From Chiloscyllium plagiosum (taxonomy: Eukaryota): 64,000 nt of DNA. Positions within the stretch are counted from its first letter, which is position 1. Each line of letters opens with the position of its first letter. Below, piece after piece: positions 63,669-64,000 of the stretch. The notes below the pieces were generated by a model that had not been told where the DNA came from, searched no databases, and saw nothing but the letters and a program-made list of their open reading frames with translations. The stretch is taken from NCBI RefSeq assembly GCF_004010195.1, contig NC_057719.1, positions 16,042,515 to 16,106,514 on the forward strand, written 5' to 3'. Made by a program: the position numbers and the translations under genes.

Positions 63669-64000
63669 TTAACTACTTCGCACCTGCTGTTGTTATCTTC
63701 CCCAAACATGATGGCATGCTCCCCCCCCCCACCTCAGATCGCACTCCTCATCTTCCATGTTGGTCCATCTCCCAACTGATCCCAAACCCTCTCGCCCCCC
63801 TCCCAAACTCCTATTCACACCAAACACCTCATGCTCATGTCCTCATCTCTCCTTCTCACTGTGAAACCTCTGTTGCCATCTCCTAAATCTTGATCTCCCA
63901 CTTCCTCCCTTTTGTTAAGGCCTCAGTCCCTCAGACACTGACATTATGCTCCACTCTCAACTGCCTGTCCTGAGGACTCCTGGCTACAATATCCTGTCTC

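Overview
Eukaryotic, repeat-dense genomic DNA. The repeat set (HE1-type tRNA SINEs, CR1/HER1-like LINEs, Deu-type SINEs) and the gene sequence point to an elasmobranch (shark); this is an inference. The only host gene I can call confidently is TC2N on the minus strand, whose last four coding exons lie at 63584-63393, 59093-58982, 54246-54038 and 44934-44827. One further minus-strand exon of an unidentified gene is likely at 31533-31402. The rest is mobile DNA: a decayed Mag-type Gypsy provirus (about 3820-14962) with many nested insertions, CR1, Tx1, Rex/Babar, RTE and L2 LINE pieces, Penelope-like elements (PLEs), Tigger-like MITEs, and an assembly gap (24196-24619). Two signals stand out. 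(1) A Tx1-clade LINE appears to insert repeatedly at one site of the Gypsy LTR. It builds repeat/spacer-like arrays of target-site copies separated by polyadenylated scraps of its own RNA, and three short copies share the same 5' end. (2) Many minimal type-I hammerhead ribozyme motifs occur in PLE-derived repeats, including a perfect 164-bp inverted repeat with one intact ribozyme on each strand. All calls were made by eye; repeat boundaries are approximate unless a TSD or splice site is quoted.
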